From Candidatus Pacearchaeota archaeon (GTDB lineage Archaea > Nanobdellota > Nanobdellia > Pacearchaeales > GW2011-AR1), in NCBI GenBank assembly GCA_017608305.1, contig JAFCGC010000001.1:38744-102743 (forward strand): DNA of 64,000 nt, written 5' to 3'. The notes beneath the pieces were generated by a model. The model saw nothing but the letters and a program-made list of their open reading frames with translations, searched no databases and was not told the origin of the DNA. This document shows, one piece after another, positions 20,927-31,008 of this stretch. Position 1 is the stretch's first letter; every line of letters starts with the position of its first letter. The position numbers and the translations under genes were made by a program.

Positions 20927-21928
20927 ATGATTGATCTAAAAAAAGAGTATAAAGACAAAAAAGTTCTAATTATCGGAGGATTAGGATTTATTGGGGGGAA
21001 TCTTGCAGAAAAACTAGTTGATCTTGAAGCAAGAGTAAGTGTAATGGATTCTTCATTAAAAAGATATGGTGCAAACCAATTTAATGTGCTTGAATTTAGA
21101 AATAAAATTGATATTGATTTTGGAGATACAAGAAACATATATGATGTTCAAAGAAATATATTAGATAAAGAAGTTATTTTTAATTTGTCTGGGCAAATTG
21201 ATCATAATTACAGTATGAAAGATCCCTCTTTAGATATAGATCTTAATTGTAAGGGACATATTAATGTATTACAAGAATGCAAAGAACATAATCCTAATTG
21301 TAGATTAATTTTTCCTGGGTCAAGAATGCAATATGGTAAAATAGCGGACCATGATCTCCCTGTTAATGAAAACCACCCTCTTAATCCCTTAAGCATTTAT
21401 GCAATAAATAAAACAGCAGGGGAAGGATATTATAAGGCCTATCATTTACAGCATAATCTAGACACTGCTGTAGTAAGGATTTCTAATCCATATGGCCCAA
21501 AGGCCCAAATAAAACATCCGGGATATTGTATTGTAAATTGGTTTATTAGACAATCCTTAGAAAGAAAAGATTTAACAATATTTGGGAATGGAACTCAATT
21601 AAGAGATTACATATTTATTGATGATTTAATAGAAGCCTTAATGGTTGTGGGAATACACCCTAATGCAAAGGGACAAATATTTAATATAGGTTCTGGTAAA
21701 GGGGCTGCTTTTGGAGATATGGCAAAAAAAATAGTGGAAATAACCGGATCTGGAAAAGTAAAAAATATGCCCTGGCCTAAAGAATACGAAAATGTAGAAA
21801 CTGGAAACCATTATTCTGATATATCAAAAATAGGTGATCATTTAGGATGGAGGCCAAAAATTGGTCTTGAAGAAGGAATTAAAAAAACAGTAGAATTTTA
21901 TAAAGAACATTTAGATAAATATATATAA
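20927..21928 (+). CDS. NAD-dependent epimerase/dehydratase
   Basis: GGLGFIG, YAINK, NPYGP, RDYIFIDD. Confidence 0.88.
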   Translation: MIDLKKEYKDKKVLIIGGLGFIGGNLAEKLVDLEARVSVMDSSLKRYGANQFNVLEFRNKIDIDFGDTRNIYDVQRNILDKEVIFNLSGQIDHNYSMKDPSLDIDLNCKGHINVLQECKEHNPNCRLIFPGSRMQYGKIADHDLPVNENHPLNPLSIYAINKTAGEGYYKAYHLQHNLDTAVVRISNPYGPKAQIKHPGYCIVNWFIRQSLERKDLTIFGNGTQLRDYIFIDDLIEALMVVGIHPNAKGQIFNIGSGKGAAFGDMAKKIVEITGSGKVKNMPWPKEYENVETGNHYSDISKIGDHLGWRPKIGLEEGIKKTVEFYKEHLDKYI

Positions 21929-21930
21929 AA

Positions 21931-22386
21931 ATGATACAAGATGTTCAAATAAAAAAAATAATAAAACATTGTGATGATAGGGGTTCTCTTGCTGAAATTT
22001 TGAAAAAAAGTGATACTTTTTTCAAAAAAATAAAACAAACTACTTATACTGAAAGTTATCCCGAGGTAATTAAAGCATTTCATTATCATAAAAAACAAGA
22101 TGATATTTGGTTTGTTGCAAAAGGAATGGCACAAATAGTTCTATATGATTTACGAAAAAGATCTAAAACAAAAGGGGAGACTCAAGTAATATATGCTGGA
22201 GAAGAAAATCCTGTTTTAGTTTTTATTCCGAGAGGTGTTGCGCATGGGTATAGAGTATTAGGAAATCAAAAAGTCTGTTTATTTTACCACACAACAGAAG
22301 AATATAATTCTAAAAAACCTGATGAGTTCAGGATTCCATATGACGACGAAGAAATTGGTTTTAATTGGACTACTCAAAATAAATAA
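21931..22386 (+). CDS. RmlC-like cupin (dTDP-sugar 3,5-epimerase family)
   Basis: DDRG, KAFHYH, YDLR, IPRGVAHGY. Confidence 0.85.
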   Translation: MIQDVQIKKIIKHCDDRGSLAEILKKSDTFFKKIKQTTYTESYPEVIKAFHYHKKQDDIWFVAKGMAQIVLYDLRKRSKTKGETQVIYAGEENPVLVFIPRGVAHGYRVLGNQKVCLFYHTTEEYNSKKPDEFRIPYDDEEIGFNWTTQNK

Positions 22387-22439
22387 GAAGCCATTTAATA
22401 AAGAATATAAATTGGAATACATAGTAAAAAACATTAAAA

Positions 22440-23300
22440 ATGCTCTTAAAAAAGAAACTATACTCGCTTGTTCCTAAAAAACATAGAAGAAAAATTAAAT
22501 TTATTTATTATGGAAAAATTCTACATTTCTTATATAATTTAAAACACCAATTTTACTATAACCAAAAAGATTTTTTTGACGTTATTGCTTTAGAAACAAC
22601 AACATATTGTAATTTGCGTTGCAAATTTTGTCCAAATAGTATTTATGATCGAGGAATATTAAAAAATAAAAAATTAATGGACATTAAAATATTTAAAAAA
22701 ATTATAGATGAATTGTCTGAAATAAATTATCGTGGAAGGGTTTTGCTCTTTTCTTATGGAGAACCCTTAACTGATACTAGGCTTCCAGATTTAATCTCTT
22801 ATTGTAAACAAAAACTATCTAAAGCAAAAGTAGAAATAAATTCAAATGGAATTCTGTTGACAGTTCAAAAATATAAAACTCTTATTGATAGGGAGATAGA
22901 TAAAGTATGTATCACCCAATATGGGAAACAAATGCCTCCAAATACAAAAAAAGTGTTTGAATATCTTAAAACTAGACCTAAAAAAGAAAATAAAATTCAT
23001 TATAGGGTTTTAAATGAAATGGAGCTTTCTAATCGTGGTGGAGAAATTGAACTAAACTCTTCTGTTAACGACGAAGTTCCCATCTGCCTATATCCTACGC
23101 AAGCTTTAACAATAGATTATGCTGGAAATTTGATTTTGTGTTGTAATGACTACCATAGCTCTGCAAAATTTGGAAATCTTAAGAATAAAAAATTATTAGA
23201 AATTCTGGGAAAGTCAAATTATAAAAAGATACTAAAAAGAATAAAAAAAGGAATATATGATTTAGAAATTTGTAAAAAATGTGTTGGAATTAAAAGATAA
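22440..23300 (+). CDS. Radical SAM/SPASM (twitch) protein
   Basis: CNLRCKFC, GEPL, NRGG, C..P...LCCND, CKKC. Confidence 0.85.
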   Translation: MLLKKKLYSLVPKKHRRKIKFIYYGKILHFLYNLKHQFYYNQKDFFDVIALETTTYCNLRCKFCPNSIYDRGILKNKKLMDIKIFKKIIDELSEINYRGRVLLFSYGEPLTDTRLPDLISYCKQKLSKAKVEINSNGILLTVQKYKTLIDREIDKVCITQYGKQMPPNTKKVFEYLKTRPKKENKIHYRVLNEMELSNRGGEIELNSSVNDEVPICLYPTQALTIDYAGNLILCCNDYHSSAKFGNLKNKKLLEILGKSNYKKILKRIKKGIYDLEICKKCVGIKR

Positions 23301-23301
23301 G

Positions 23302-24813
23302 CTAATGTTTTTTTCTTTTTATTAAAATTTTAATGAGTTCTAAGTCTTCTTTTGTAATTGCCTTAAGAAAAAACATTGAAAGGAGATAAATAGAAGCACC
23401 AAAAAAGATGATCAAGGCTCCTGAAATTAGACTTAATTCATTAATTAATCTTAAAACAAGAGTTAATATGCCCCACATTATTATGCTTGATATTATTGGT
23501 TTTATAGTTGGTTTTAATGAAATTTTCATTTTAAATCTTCTTTTTGAAATTAAAAGGGCTGCAAAGAAATAAAATGTCCAACTCAAAAATGTTGCCATTC
23601 CTACTCCTATCATCGCCCATGAAGGAGATATTAATAATAAAAACTTGATAAAAATCAAATTGAGTAAGATATTTAACCCAACAGAAATTATTATTAATTT
23701 GGCAAATATTTTTGGTTTTTCTTTTGCAGAAAAAAAGGAAAGAAAAATACCTACAAAAACTATTGGGAAAATTAAAAATGCTAAAACATACAAGGGACAT
23801 GCTGATAAAAGGTAATCTTCCCCAAAAAGAAGCTTAATAAAATATCTTGCAAAAAGAATTAATCCAAATGAGCAAGGAAAACTCAACATTGCTACGTATT
23901 TTACTGCCCGATTTATAATTTTTTCTGAAACAAAATTATCTATTTTAGTGAAAACAGGCAAAAGAATTGCATTTGGAAATGAAGCAATAGTTGTTAATCC
24001 AAGAATAATTGAAAAAGCTGCTTGATAATACCCTACATATACTGTTGGAAGAAATAATCCCAACATAATTGAATCAATATAAGAGAAAAAAACTGCCGAA
24101 ACACTTGCAATAGTTATAAATTTGATAAAAGTTTTTATTTTTCTCTTATCTATCTTTTCTTTCGCTTTGTGATATATCTCAGGAATTAATTTTTTTAAAG
24201 AAAAAAGAACCCAAATAAGTACAATAAAATGAATAAAAGCTAATAAAAGAAAAATGGCAGTAATTTGATAAACTGAGGATACAAAATAAAAAATTAAAAG
24301 AACTAATCCCACTCTTAAAACTTGTGTTAAAAATTGTCTATAGCCCATATATTTTGCTTTTTCAATAGAATAAAACACTTGGGCATGAAACATATCAAAG
24401 GAAATTGCAACAACAAAAATTGGAGCAATTAAAAAAGGTAGAAAAAGGATAGGATTATCATAGAAATAAAACGCAAGAGGATATGCTAATAAAATTAAGA
24501 TAAAGAAAACAGAAAGAGTTAAAATTATTTTTATTTTAAGCAAATATTTATAATAAGAAGAAATTTTATTTTTATTTTTTTCTACAGCCTCAGACAAATA
24601 TCTTACTAAAGTGGAGCTTATTCCTAAATCAGCAAAAATAAAAAAAATCATAATTGTTGAAAAAACAATTGTATACATTCCATAACCTTCTGGCATTAAG
24701 AATCTCGCTAAAATTATTGTGAATGCTAGTCCCCCAAATCTATTTATTACTGTTGCAAATAAATTCCAAAAAGAATTTTTAACTAGCCTCTCTTTAAGAT
24801 TTATATTTTTCAT
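23302..24813 (-). CDS. Wzx/MOP-family oligosaccharide flippase
   Basis: LARFL..E.YG, DLG and VGYY..A motifs; highly hydrophobic. Confidence 0.85.
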   Translation of the reverse strand: MKNINLKERLVKNSFWNLFATVINRFGGLAFTIILARFLMPEGYGMYTIVFSTIMIFFIFADLGISSTLVRYLSEAVEKNKNKISSYYKYLLKIKIILTLSVFFILILLAYPLAFYFYDNPILFLPFLIAPIFVVAISFDMFHAQVFYSIEKAKYMGYRQFLTQVLRVGLVLLIFYFVSSVYQITAIFLLLAFIHFIVLIWVLFSLKKLIPEIYHKAKEKIDKRKIKTFIKFITIASVSAVFFSYIDSIMLGLFLPTVYVGYYQAAFSIILGLTTIASFPNAILLPVFTKIDNFVSEKIINRAVKYVAMLSFPCSFGLILFARYFIKLLFGEDYLLSACPLYVLAFLIFPIVFVGIFLSFFSAKEKPKIFAKLIIISVGLNILLNLIFIKFLLLISPSWAMIGVGMATFLSWTFYFFAALLISKRRFKMKISLKPTIKPIISSIIMWGILTLVLRLINELSLISGALIIFFGASIYLLSMFFLKAITKEDLELIKILIKRKKH

Positions 24814-24925
24814 TGGATTAGGAGAATAGGGTGGTTTAAAAAGTATATCTACAAAAAGTATGGGTTGGAAAAGAGATAAAAATAAAAAGGTTTTTTGTGA
24901 AGTAAAAGAGAAATTTAGATAAAAA

Positions 24926-25606
24926 ATGAATACAAATATAAAAATTGATTTTTTCCTTAATCATCAAATAGGATTATTTGTCTTGGATGAGCTCTCTATT
25001 CAAAATACTTCAAATTTAATTACATATGATGAGAAAATTGCTAAAAAAGCAAAGGAAAGGGGTTTTGATCCTTTAAGAGGACATGATAAAATTAAGAATT
25101 TTGGGAATATAGGGTTTTCAATTCATTATGAAAAAATTTTTAATCCAGAATTTATTGAAAAATACGATAGGCTCTATAATCTACATCCAGGGTATTTGCC
25201 TTGGGGAAGAGGGAGACATCCTACTTTTTGGGCATTATGGCACCATGAACCAGCAGGAGCAACAATCCATGAAATTACAAAAGGGTTAGATAAAGGACCA
25301 ATTGTGATGCAAGAATTAGTAAATAAAACAAGTAATGAAACAGGATATGAAATTTTTCAAAAAGTAAAAAAGGCAGAACAAAGAATTTTTAAAAAATGTT
25401 TAGATTCAATCTTAAAAGGAATAAATCTTCCTACAACCCTTCAACATTATGTTGGAAGTTATCATAAAAAATGCCAAATTCACGAATTAAAAAACAAAGA
25501 ATTTTGGTCAAAACTTTCTAAAGAAGAAGTAACAAGATTATATCGTTGTTTAGATTTTCCAGGTTATAGTAATTTAGAAGATTGGGTAAAAGAGGATAAA
25601 AAATGA
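24926..25606 (+). CDS. Formyltransferase (sugar N-formyltransferase-like)
   Basis: NLHPGYLPWGRG, GATIH, LDKGPI. Confidence 0.8.
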   Translation: MNTNIKIDFFLNHQIGLFVLDELSIQNTSNLITYDEKIAKKAKERGFDPLRGHDKIKNFGNIGFSIHYEKIFNPEFIEKYDRLYNLHPGYLPWGRGRHPTFWALWHHEPAGATIHEITKGLDKGPIVMQELVNKTSNETGYEIFQKVKKAEQRIFKKCLDSILKGINLPTTLQHYVGSYHKKCQIHELKNKEFWSKLSKEEVTRLYRCLDFPGYSNLEDWVKEDKK

Positions 25607-26004
25607 TGGATTTAATAGAACAATATAAAGAATTAACAGAGAAATGTTATCCTGCTCCTCCTAAAAGTTTTTTTAGTGAAATAAAATCAATTGTTCAAAA
25701 ATATCCTCACAGATTAGAACACATCATGGAAGAGGATAAAATGATTGGGGGGTGTTTTGTTTTGGAATTGGGAAAGAATATTTATGGGATTTCTGGAGTA
25801 GTTATTGATCCAAAATATCAAGGAAAAGGTTATGGGAAAAAACTTATGGAAAAAATTCACAAAGAGGATAGGGGAATATTCATATTAAAATGTAACCAGA
25901 ATATTAAAGAGTTTTATTTAAAAATAGGTTATAAGGTTATTAAACAAAAGGGAGGAAAAAATTACATGGTGTACATAAATAACAGTGAGGTTATTGATTT
26001 TTAG
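25603..26004 (+). CDS. GNAT acetyltransferase
   Basis: YQGKGYG and FYLKIGY motifs. Confidence 0.8.
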   Translation: MMDLIEQYKELTEKCYPAPPKSFFSEIKSIVQKYPHRLEHIMEEDKMIGGCFVLELGKNIYGISGVVIDPKYQGKGYGKKLMEKIHKEDRGIFILKCNQNIKEFYLKIGYKVIKQKGGKNYMVYINNSEVIDF

Positions 26005-26005
26005 A

Positions 26006-26839
26006 ATGACTTCCCCTTTAGTTTCAATAATCCTTCCTACATATAACGGAGAAGAATTTGTAGAAGAGTGTTTAAATTCAATTAAAAAACAGACATTTAA
26101 AGATTATGAGTTAATCATAATAGATGATTGTAGTCAAGATAATACTGTTAAAATTCTAGAAAAAAGAAGATACAAAGTTAGAAAAAATAAAGAAAATCTT
26201 GGTGCAGTAAAAACTTTTAACAAAGGGATAAAATTAGCTAAAGGAGATTTTATATTTCCCATTGATCAAGATATGGATTATGATAAAAATTGTATAGAAG
26301 AATGCTTAAATGCTATTAAATCAGATAAAAAAGCAGGAATGTCTGGGATTAAGTGTTATTATTATAAACAAAAAAATAAAATTAGGTCATTTGGGCTTAA
26401 AGTAAATCTTTTAACAAGTAAAACAACAAATATTGGAAGAGATGAAATCGATAGAGGACAATTTGATCATTTAAGAGAAAGAAACTCTATTGGATTAGGT
26501 CTTGGTTTAATAAGAAAAGAAGTTTTTGAAAAAGCGGGGTTGTTTTCTGAAGATTATCATATGTATTATTGTGATGTTGATTTTTCATTAAAAGTAGGTA
26601 GAGCAAAATACAAAATAATGTTTTCAAAGGCTAAAGCTTGGCACAAAAAACAAGAAAAAGAAAAACTTAGTAAAAAACAGTTTATTACATTTGTCCAAGA
26701 TAAAATAACTTTTATGAAAAAAAATTCTAATTTCTATGTATTATTTTTATTAGGTTTGTTGTGTTTCTATCTTCCTTTTAAAATCCTAAGGGGAAATTTC
26801 TCAATTAAATTTTTAAGAGATATTTTGGAGAAAATTTGA
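26006..26839 (+). CDS. GT2 family glycosyltransferase
   Basis: VSIILPTYN, DDCS.D, DQD; ATG 26006 follows the upstream stop. Confidence 0.85.
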   Translation: MTSPLVSIILPTYNGEEFVEECLNSIKKQTFKDYELIIIDDCSQDNTVKILEKRRYKVRKNKENLGAVKTFNKGIKLAKGDFIFPIDQDMDYDKNCIEECLNAIKSDKKAGMSGIKCYYYKQKNKIRSFGLKVNLLTSKTTNIGRDEIDRGQFDHLRERNSIGLGLGLIRKEVFEKAGLFSEDYHMYYCDVDFSLKVGRAKYKIMFSKAKAWHKKQEKEKLSKKQFITFVQDKITFMKKNSNFYVLFLLGLLCFYLPFKILRGNFSIKFLRDILEKI

Positions 26840-26894
26840 ATCCCATATTTTAAAACATATAAATATTTTTAAAATCCCAATATCTAAAAAAGTG

Positions 26895-28280
26895 ATGAGT
26901 AAAAAGAGAATAATTAATCTTTTTTGGCCTGCTATTCCTAATAAAGAGGCTCTTATGCCTCAAATAGAAGAGTTAATCTGGCCAAAAAATGGTAAAAGGC
27001 CTTTTATTGGGGAAGGGCATTTAGTTGATAAATTTGAAGAAGAATGTGAAAAAAGATTTGGATTTGATTATGCTTTATTCACAAATTCTGGAACTTCTGC
27101 TTTTAATCTTGCATTACTTGGAGCAGGCATTAATGCAGGAGATGAGGTAATTACTACTCCCCTAACATGTACAGCTACAAATCTTCCTATTTTAGGGCGG
27201 CAAGCAAAGCCTGTTTTTGCAGATGTACAATATGAAACAGGAAATATTGATCCTAAAGATATTGAACATAGAATAACAGATAAAACCAAAGCAATAGTTG
27301 TTGTTCACTGGGGAGGATATCCTTGTGAGATGGATGAAATAAATGAAATAGCAAACAGACATAGTCTTTCTGTAATTGCGGATGGGGCCCATGCACTAGG
27401 AGCAATGTATCATGGAAAACCTATCTCTAAATCTGCAGATTTTACTATGATTTCTTTGCAAGCTATAAAGCACATGAATACATTAGATGGAGGATTATTA
27501 ACTATTCCATTTAAAAATTCCAAAAAAAGTTTAGTGGATTTATGCCAAAATCAAGATACTAGAAAAAAACTTAGGAAATTTTTTGGAGAAAAAATTAATT
27601 CTTATTTTGATGGAAATCCAAAATACACAAATATTCCAGAAGACTATTTTGTGGAAGAAATATATGAAAAATTAAAAGAAAAAGAGTCTTTGGAAGAGAA
27701 TATAAGAAAAGAGTTAATAGAGAATAAAGAGGAATTTGAAAAGTTTTGGAAAGATTGGCAAAAAGCAGAATCATTAAAAAGAACCAGGTGGTTTGGAATT
27801 GGTAGAGATGAGCGGGCCCCTGATCCTGGTTTAGGATATTTTGCTTATCCTATAATTGAGGTTGGGGGAAAATTCCATGCACACAATATTAGTGCGGCAA
27901 TAGGTTTAGCATCACTTGAGAAGATAGACGAATGGCAAGAAAAAAGAGATAAAATTGTTGAATTATATAATAAAGAGTTAGTAGGAGTTAAAGGAGTTAG
28001 TTTATTCGAACAAAAAAATGACAGAAAAAGTGGAAATTGGCTTTACAATATACATGTAGAAAAAAGGCCTGAATTTGTAAAAACGATGTTGCAAAGGGGA
28101 GTTGAATGTTCTATTGTACATGAAAGAAACGATCTTCTTCCTATTTTTAGAAATTTTGGAAAAGGCCCTTATAAGAATTTAGATAGAATAAATGAAGATA
28201 GAATTTGTATTCCTCTCCACCAGAACATGGACTATGAAGATGCAGAATATGTTATTAATTCTATCAAAAAAGGGTGGTAA
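26895..28280 (+). CDS. DegT/DnrJ/EryC1/StrS sugar aminotransferase with internal insertion
   Basis: NSGTSA, GDEVIT, D.AHA, S.QAIKH..T.DGG (PLP Lys), IPLH. Confidence 0.88.
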   Translation: MSKKRIINLFWPAIPNKEALMPQIEELIWPKNGKRPFIGEGHLVDKFEEECEKRFGFDYALFTNSGTSAFNLALLGAGINAGDEVITTPLTCTATNLPILGRQAKPVFADVQYETGNIDPKDIEHRITDKTKAIVVVHWGGYPCEMDEINEIANRHSLSVIADGAHALGAMYHGKPISKSADFTMISLQAIKHMNTLDGGLLTIPFKNSKKSLVDLCQNQDTRKKLRKFFGEKINSYFDGNPKYTNIPEDYFVEEIYEKLKEKESLEENIRKELIENKEEFEKFWKDWQKAESLKRTRWFGIGRDERAPDPGLGYFAYPIIEVGGKFHAHNISAAIGLASLEKIDEWQEKRDKIVELYNKELVGVKGVSLFEQKNDRKSGNWLYNIHVEKRPEFVKTMLQRGVECSIVHERNDLLPIFRNFGKGPYKNLDRINEDRICIPLHQNMDYEDAEYVINSIKKGW

Positions 28281-28282
28281 AA

Positions 28283-28696
28283 TCACCATTGCTTATTTCT
28301 AAAAACAATTATCTTTGTGCTAAGAAAATTCATGAATACAATTATTGGTTGAACAATTAAATTAGATATAATTGGGTTTAAGTCAAGAGATTCCACTAAA
28401 AAAGCTATTGAAAACATTGCGAAAGTGAAAGATATCCCATACACTAAAAAATATTGGGGGATTGTAACGAGATTTCTTCTTTTTGATCTAAAAGTATATA
28501 CTTTATTGAGTGCAAACCCTGCGATAACCCCAGATATAAAACTTATTGCTGCTGAAATCAGATAATTAATTGAAAAAAAGTAAAATAAAACAAAAAAGAC
28601 AATATATGCAAAGATAGTTATCAAAATTCCAACACCACAAAATCTTAAAAACTGTTTACTTACTTCTCTTTTAATTATATTCTGAAAAAACCCCAT
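28283..28696 (-). CDS. GtrA-family lipid-linked sugar translocase
   Basis: QFLRF..VG, LN..YTF, NF...K..VF; four TM helices. Confidence 0.85.
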   Translation of the reverse strand: MGFFQNIIKREVSKQFLRFCGVGILITIFAYIVFFVLFYFFSINYLISAAISFISGVIAGFALNKVYTFRSKRRNLVTIPQYFLVYGISFTFAMFSIAFLVESLDLNPIISNLIVQPIIVFMNFLSTKIIVFRNKQW

Positions 28697-28804
28697 TTAC
28701 TAATAATCTTCGATATCCTTATAAAGATATTGTAAGATAAATGATTTTTTATATGATTATGAAATGCATAAATCTTTTTAAAATTAAGAGAAGATGTCAA
28801 AAGA

Positions 28805-29743
28805 ATGAGTAAAAAGAGAAAAAAGGTAATAATTACAGGAGCTACAGGATTAGTTGGACTAAATCTTTTAACATTACTTGATTTTCAAAAATATGACATA
28901 ATAGCCATAAGTAAAGAAAAAACTAAAGAAAACTTACTCAAACAAATAAATTCTAAAATAAAGTTTGTTTGTGCAGACCTTTCTGTTTATGATGAAAAAT
29001 GGGTTGATTTTTTTAAAAGGGCTGACTGTGTTATACAATTACAAGCGCAAATTTCTGCGCCTGAAAAAGGACCTTATATTAAAAATAACATACTTTCTGT
29101 AAAAAATGTGGTTTTGGCTTGTGAAAAATACAAAATCAAACATCTTATTCATGTAAGTTCTTCTGTAGTTATTTCGATTGCAAAAGATAATTATACAAAT
29201 ACTAAGAAAACAGGAGAAAATTTAGTTGCCAAAAGCAATCTTCCTTACACTATTTTAAGACCTCCTTTAATGTATGGTCCTTTCAATACAAAACATCTTG
29301 AATTTATTATAAGAAAGTTTGATAAATTTCCTGTGGTCTTGTTCCCGGGAGATGGAAAATATCTAAGACAACCCTTGTATGTTGCAGATTTTGCTAAAAT
29401 TATTATTAAATTACTATCTAAAAAACCCAGGAGAAAAATATATGGGATAATAGGAAAAGAAAAGATCTATTTTATAGAACTAATAAAAATTATTTTTAGG
29501 GAGAAGAAACAGAAAAAAATTTTTGTAAAAATACCAATTTTTTTATTTATTTTTCTTCTTAAAATCTATGGTTTATTGACAGGAAAAAAGCCTTTTATAC
29601 CTGATCAATTGGATGCATTAACAGCAGGGGATCTTTTTCCTGTAACAAATTGGGAAAAAGAATTTGGAATTAAATATACTTCTTTTAGAGAAGGTATCAA
29701 AAAATCACTTGAATCAAAATATTGTACTATAAAAAACCAATAA
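28805..29743 (+). CDS. NAD-dependent epimerase/dehydratase (atypical SDR)
   Basis: GATGLVG, YTNTK, RPPLMYG, RQPLYV.D. Confidence 0.8.
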   Translation: MSKKRKKVIITGATGLVGLNLLTLLDFQKYDIIAISKEKTKENLLKQINSKIKFVCADLSVYDEKWVDFFKRADCVIQLQAQISAPEKGPYIKNNILSVKNVVLACEKYKIKHLIHVSSSVVISIAKDNYTNTKKTGENLVAKSNLPYTILRPPLMYGPFNTKHLEFIIRKFDKFPVVLFPGDGKYLRQPLYVADFAKIIIKLLSKKPRRKIYGIIGKEKIYFIELIKIIFREKKQKKIFVKIPIFLFIFLLKIYGLLTGKKPFIPDQLDALTAGDLFPVTNWEKEFGIKYTSFREGIKKSLESKYCTIKNQ

Positions 29744-29745
29744 AA

Positions 29746-31008
29746 ATGAGGAAAAGAGTTCTTATTCTAGGGGCAGGGCTTTCTGGACTTGTTGCAGGGG
29801 AAATTTTATCAAAAAATTTTGAAGTTAAAATATTTGAAAAAGAATCTTTTTTAGGAGGTCTCGCAGCAAGCTTTGAACATGATGGGAAAAAAATACCAAG
29901 ATTTTATCACCACATAATAAAAAAGAACAAATATACCCAAGATTACTTTAAAAGATTTGGGGGAAAAGAAAAACTAAAGTGGAAAAAAATCAAAGTTGCA
30001 ATAGGAGTAAATGAAAAAGTTTCAATTATTAATTCTTTTTTAGGCCCTTTAAATTTTGATTATCTTAATTTCTATGAAAAAATTAGATTTGGATTATTTG
30101 GAATTTATTCATTATTGTTTATGAAACCTTATAAAATTCCAGAAGAAATGAATGCTGAAACTTGGTTAAAAAAATATGTTGGAAAGAATGTTACTCAAAA
30201 AGTTTTTTTTCATTTATACTCTAGAAACAAGTTTGGTATTCCTCTTAATAAAATTTCCGCAAAACAATTTGCTTATAGATTATCTGAAAAAGAAATTCAA
30301 GATAAATTTACTTTTCCAAAACAAGGATATCAATGTGTAATTGATGGGCTTGAAAAAGCAATAAAAAACAATAAAGGGATTATTAAGAAGGAAGCAAAAA
30401 TAAAAGAGATAAATGTAAAGAAAAAATATGTGATTGAATCAGGTAAAAAAATAAAATATGATATTTTAATCAATACTATTCCTTTTGAAATTTTTATAAA
30501 TTTATCAAAAGGTTTGCCTTCTGATTTGGAAAAGAATTTATCTAAAATAAAATATTGTCCTGGAGTCGGTTTTTGTTTTGGGTCTGAGAATTTCTTAAAA
30601 AAAGGTATTTATTGGACTAACATATTGAACGAGAGAGTCCATATAGTAATGCAACATTCTGATATTTGTGATGTTTATAGGGATAAAATAAATTGGTGTT
30701 TAAGATATGGGGAAAGTGAAGAAGATTTCAAGTTGGATGATGAAGATATCCAGAGAGAATATCTAAAAGTCATTAAAAAATATTTTCCAAAGGCAAAAAT
30801 TAAGTGGATAAAAGTCTTTAAAACAAAATATGGAGAACCAATATATGATATTGATTATCCAAAATATATGCCTAATTACAAATCTCCTGTTGAGGGATTG
30901 TATTTTGCTGGAATTCAACTAACATATCCAAAAATAAGAAACATGGATGTAGCATTAGAATCTGGCATTAAAGTTGCTAGAACAATTTTAAAGGATTTTC
31001 TTAAATAA
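29746..31008 (+). CDS. FAD-dependent oxidoreductase (amine oxidase/HemY-like fold)
   Basis: ILGAGLSGL, E....GG, FYHH, GLYFAG, ALESG. Confidence 0.8.
   Translation: MRKRVLILGAGLSGLVAGEILSKNFEVKIFEKESFLGGLAASFEHDGKKIPRFYHHIIKKNKYTQDYFKRFGGKEKLKWKKIKVAIGVNEKVSIINSFLGPLNFDYLNFYEKIRFGLFGIYSLLFMKPYKIPEEMNAETWLKKYVGKNVTQKVFFHLYSRNKFGIPLNKISAKQFAYRLSEKEIQDKFTFPKQGYQCVIDGLEKAIKNNKGIIKKEAKIKEINVKKKYVIESGKKIKYDILINTIPFEIFINLSKGLPSDLEKNLSKIKYCPGVGFCFGSENFLKKGIYWTNILNERVHIVMQHSDICDVYRDKINWCLRYGESEEDFKLDDEDIQREYLKVIKKYFPKAKIKWIKVFKTKYGEPIYDIDYPKYMPNYKSPVEGLYFAGIQLTYPKIRNMDVALESGIKVARTILKDFLK

Noticed and set aside
27513..27760. Mini-intein in the aminotransferase
   Set aside because: No C/S-start block or terminal HN-C/S/T motif at the insertion borders.
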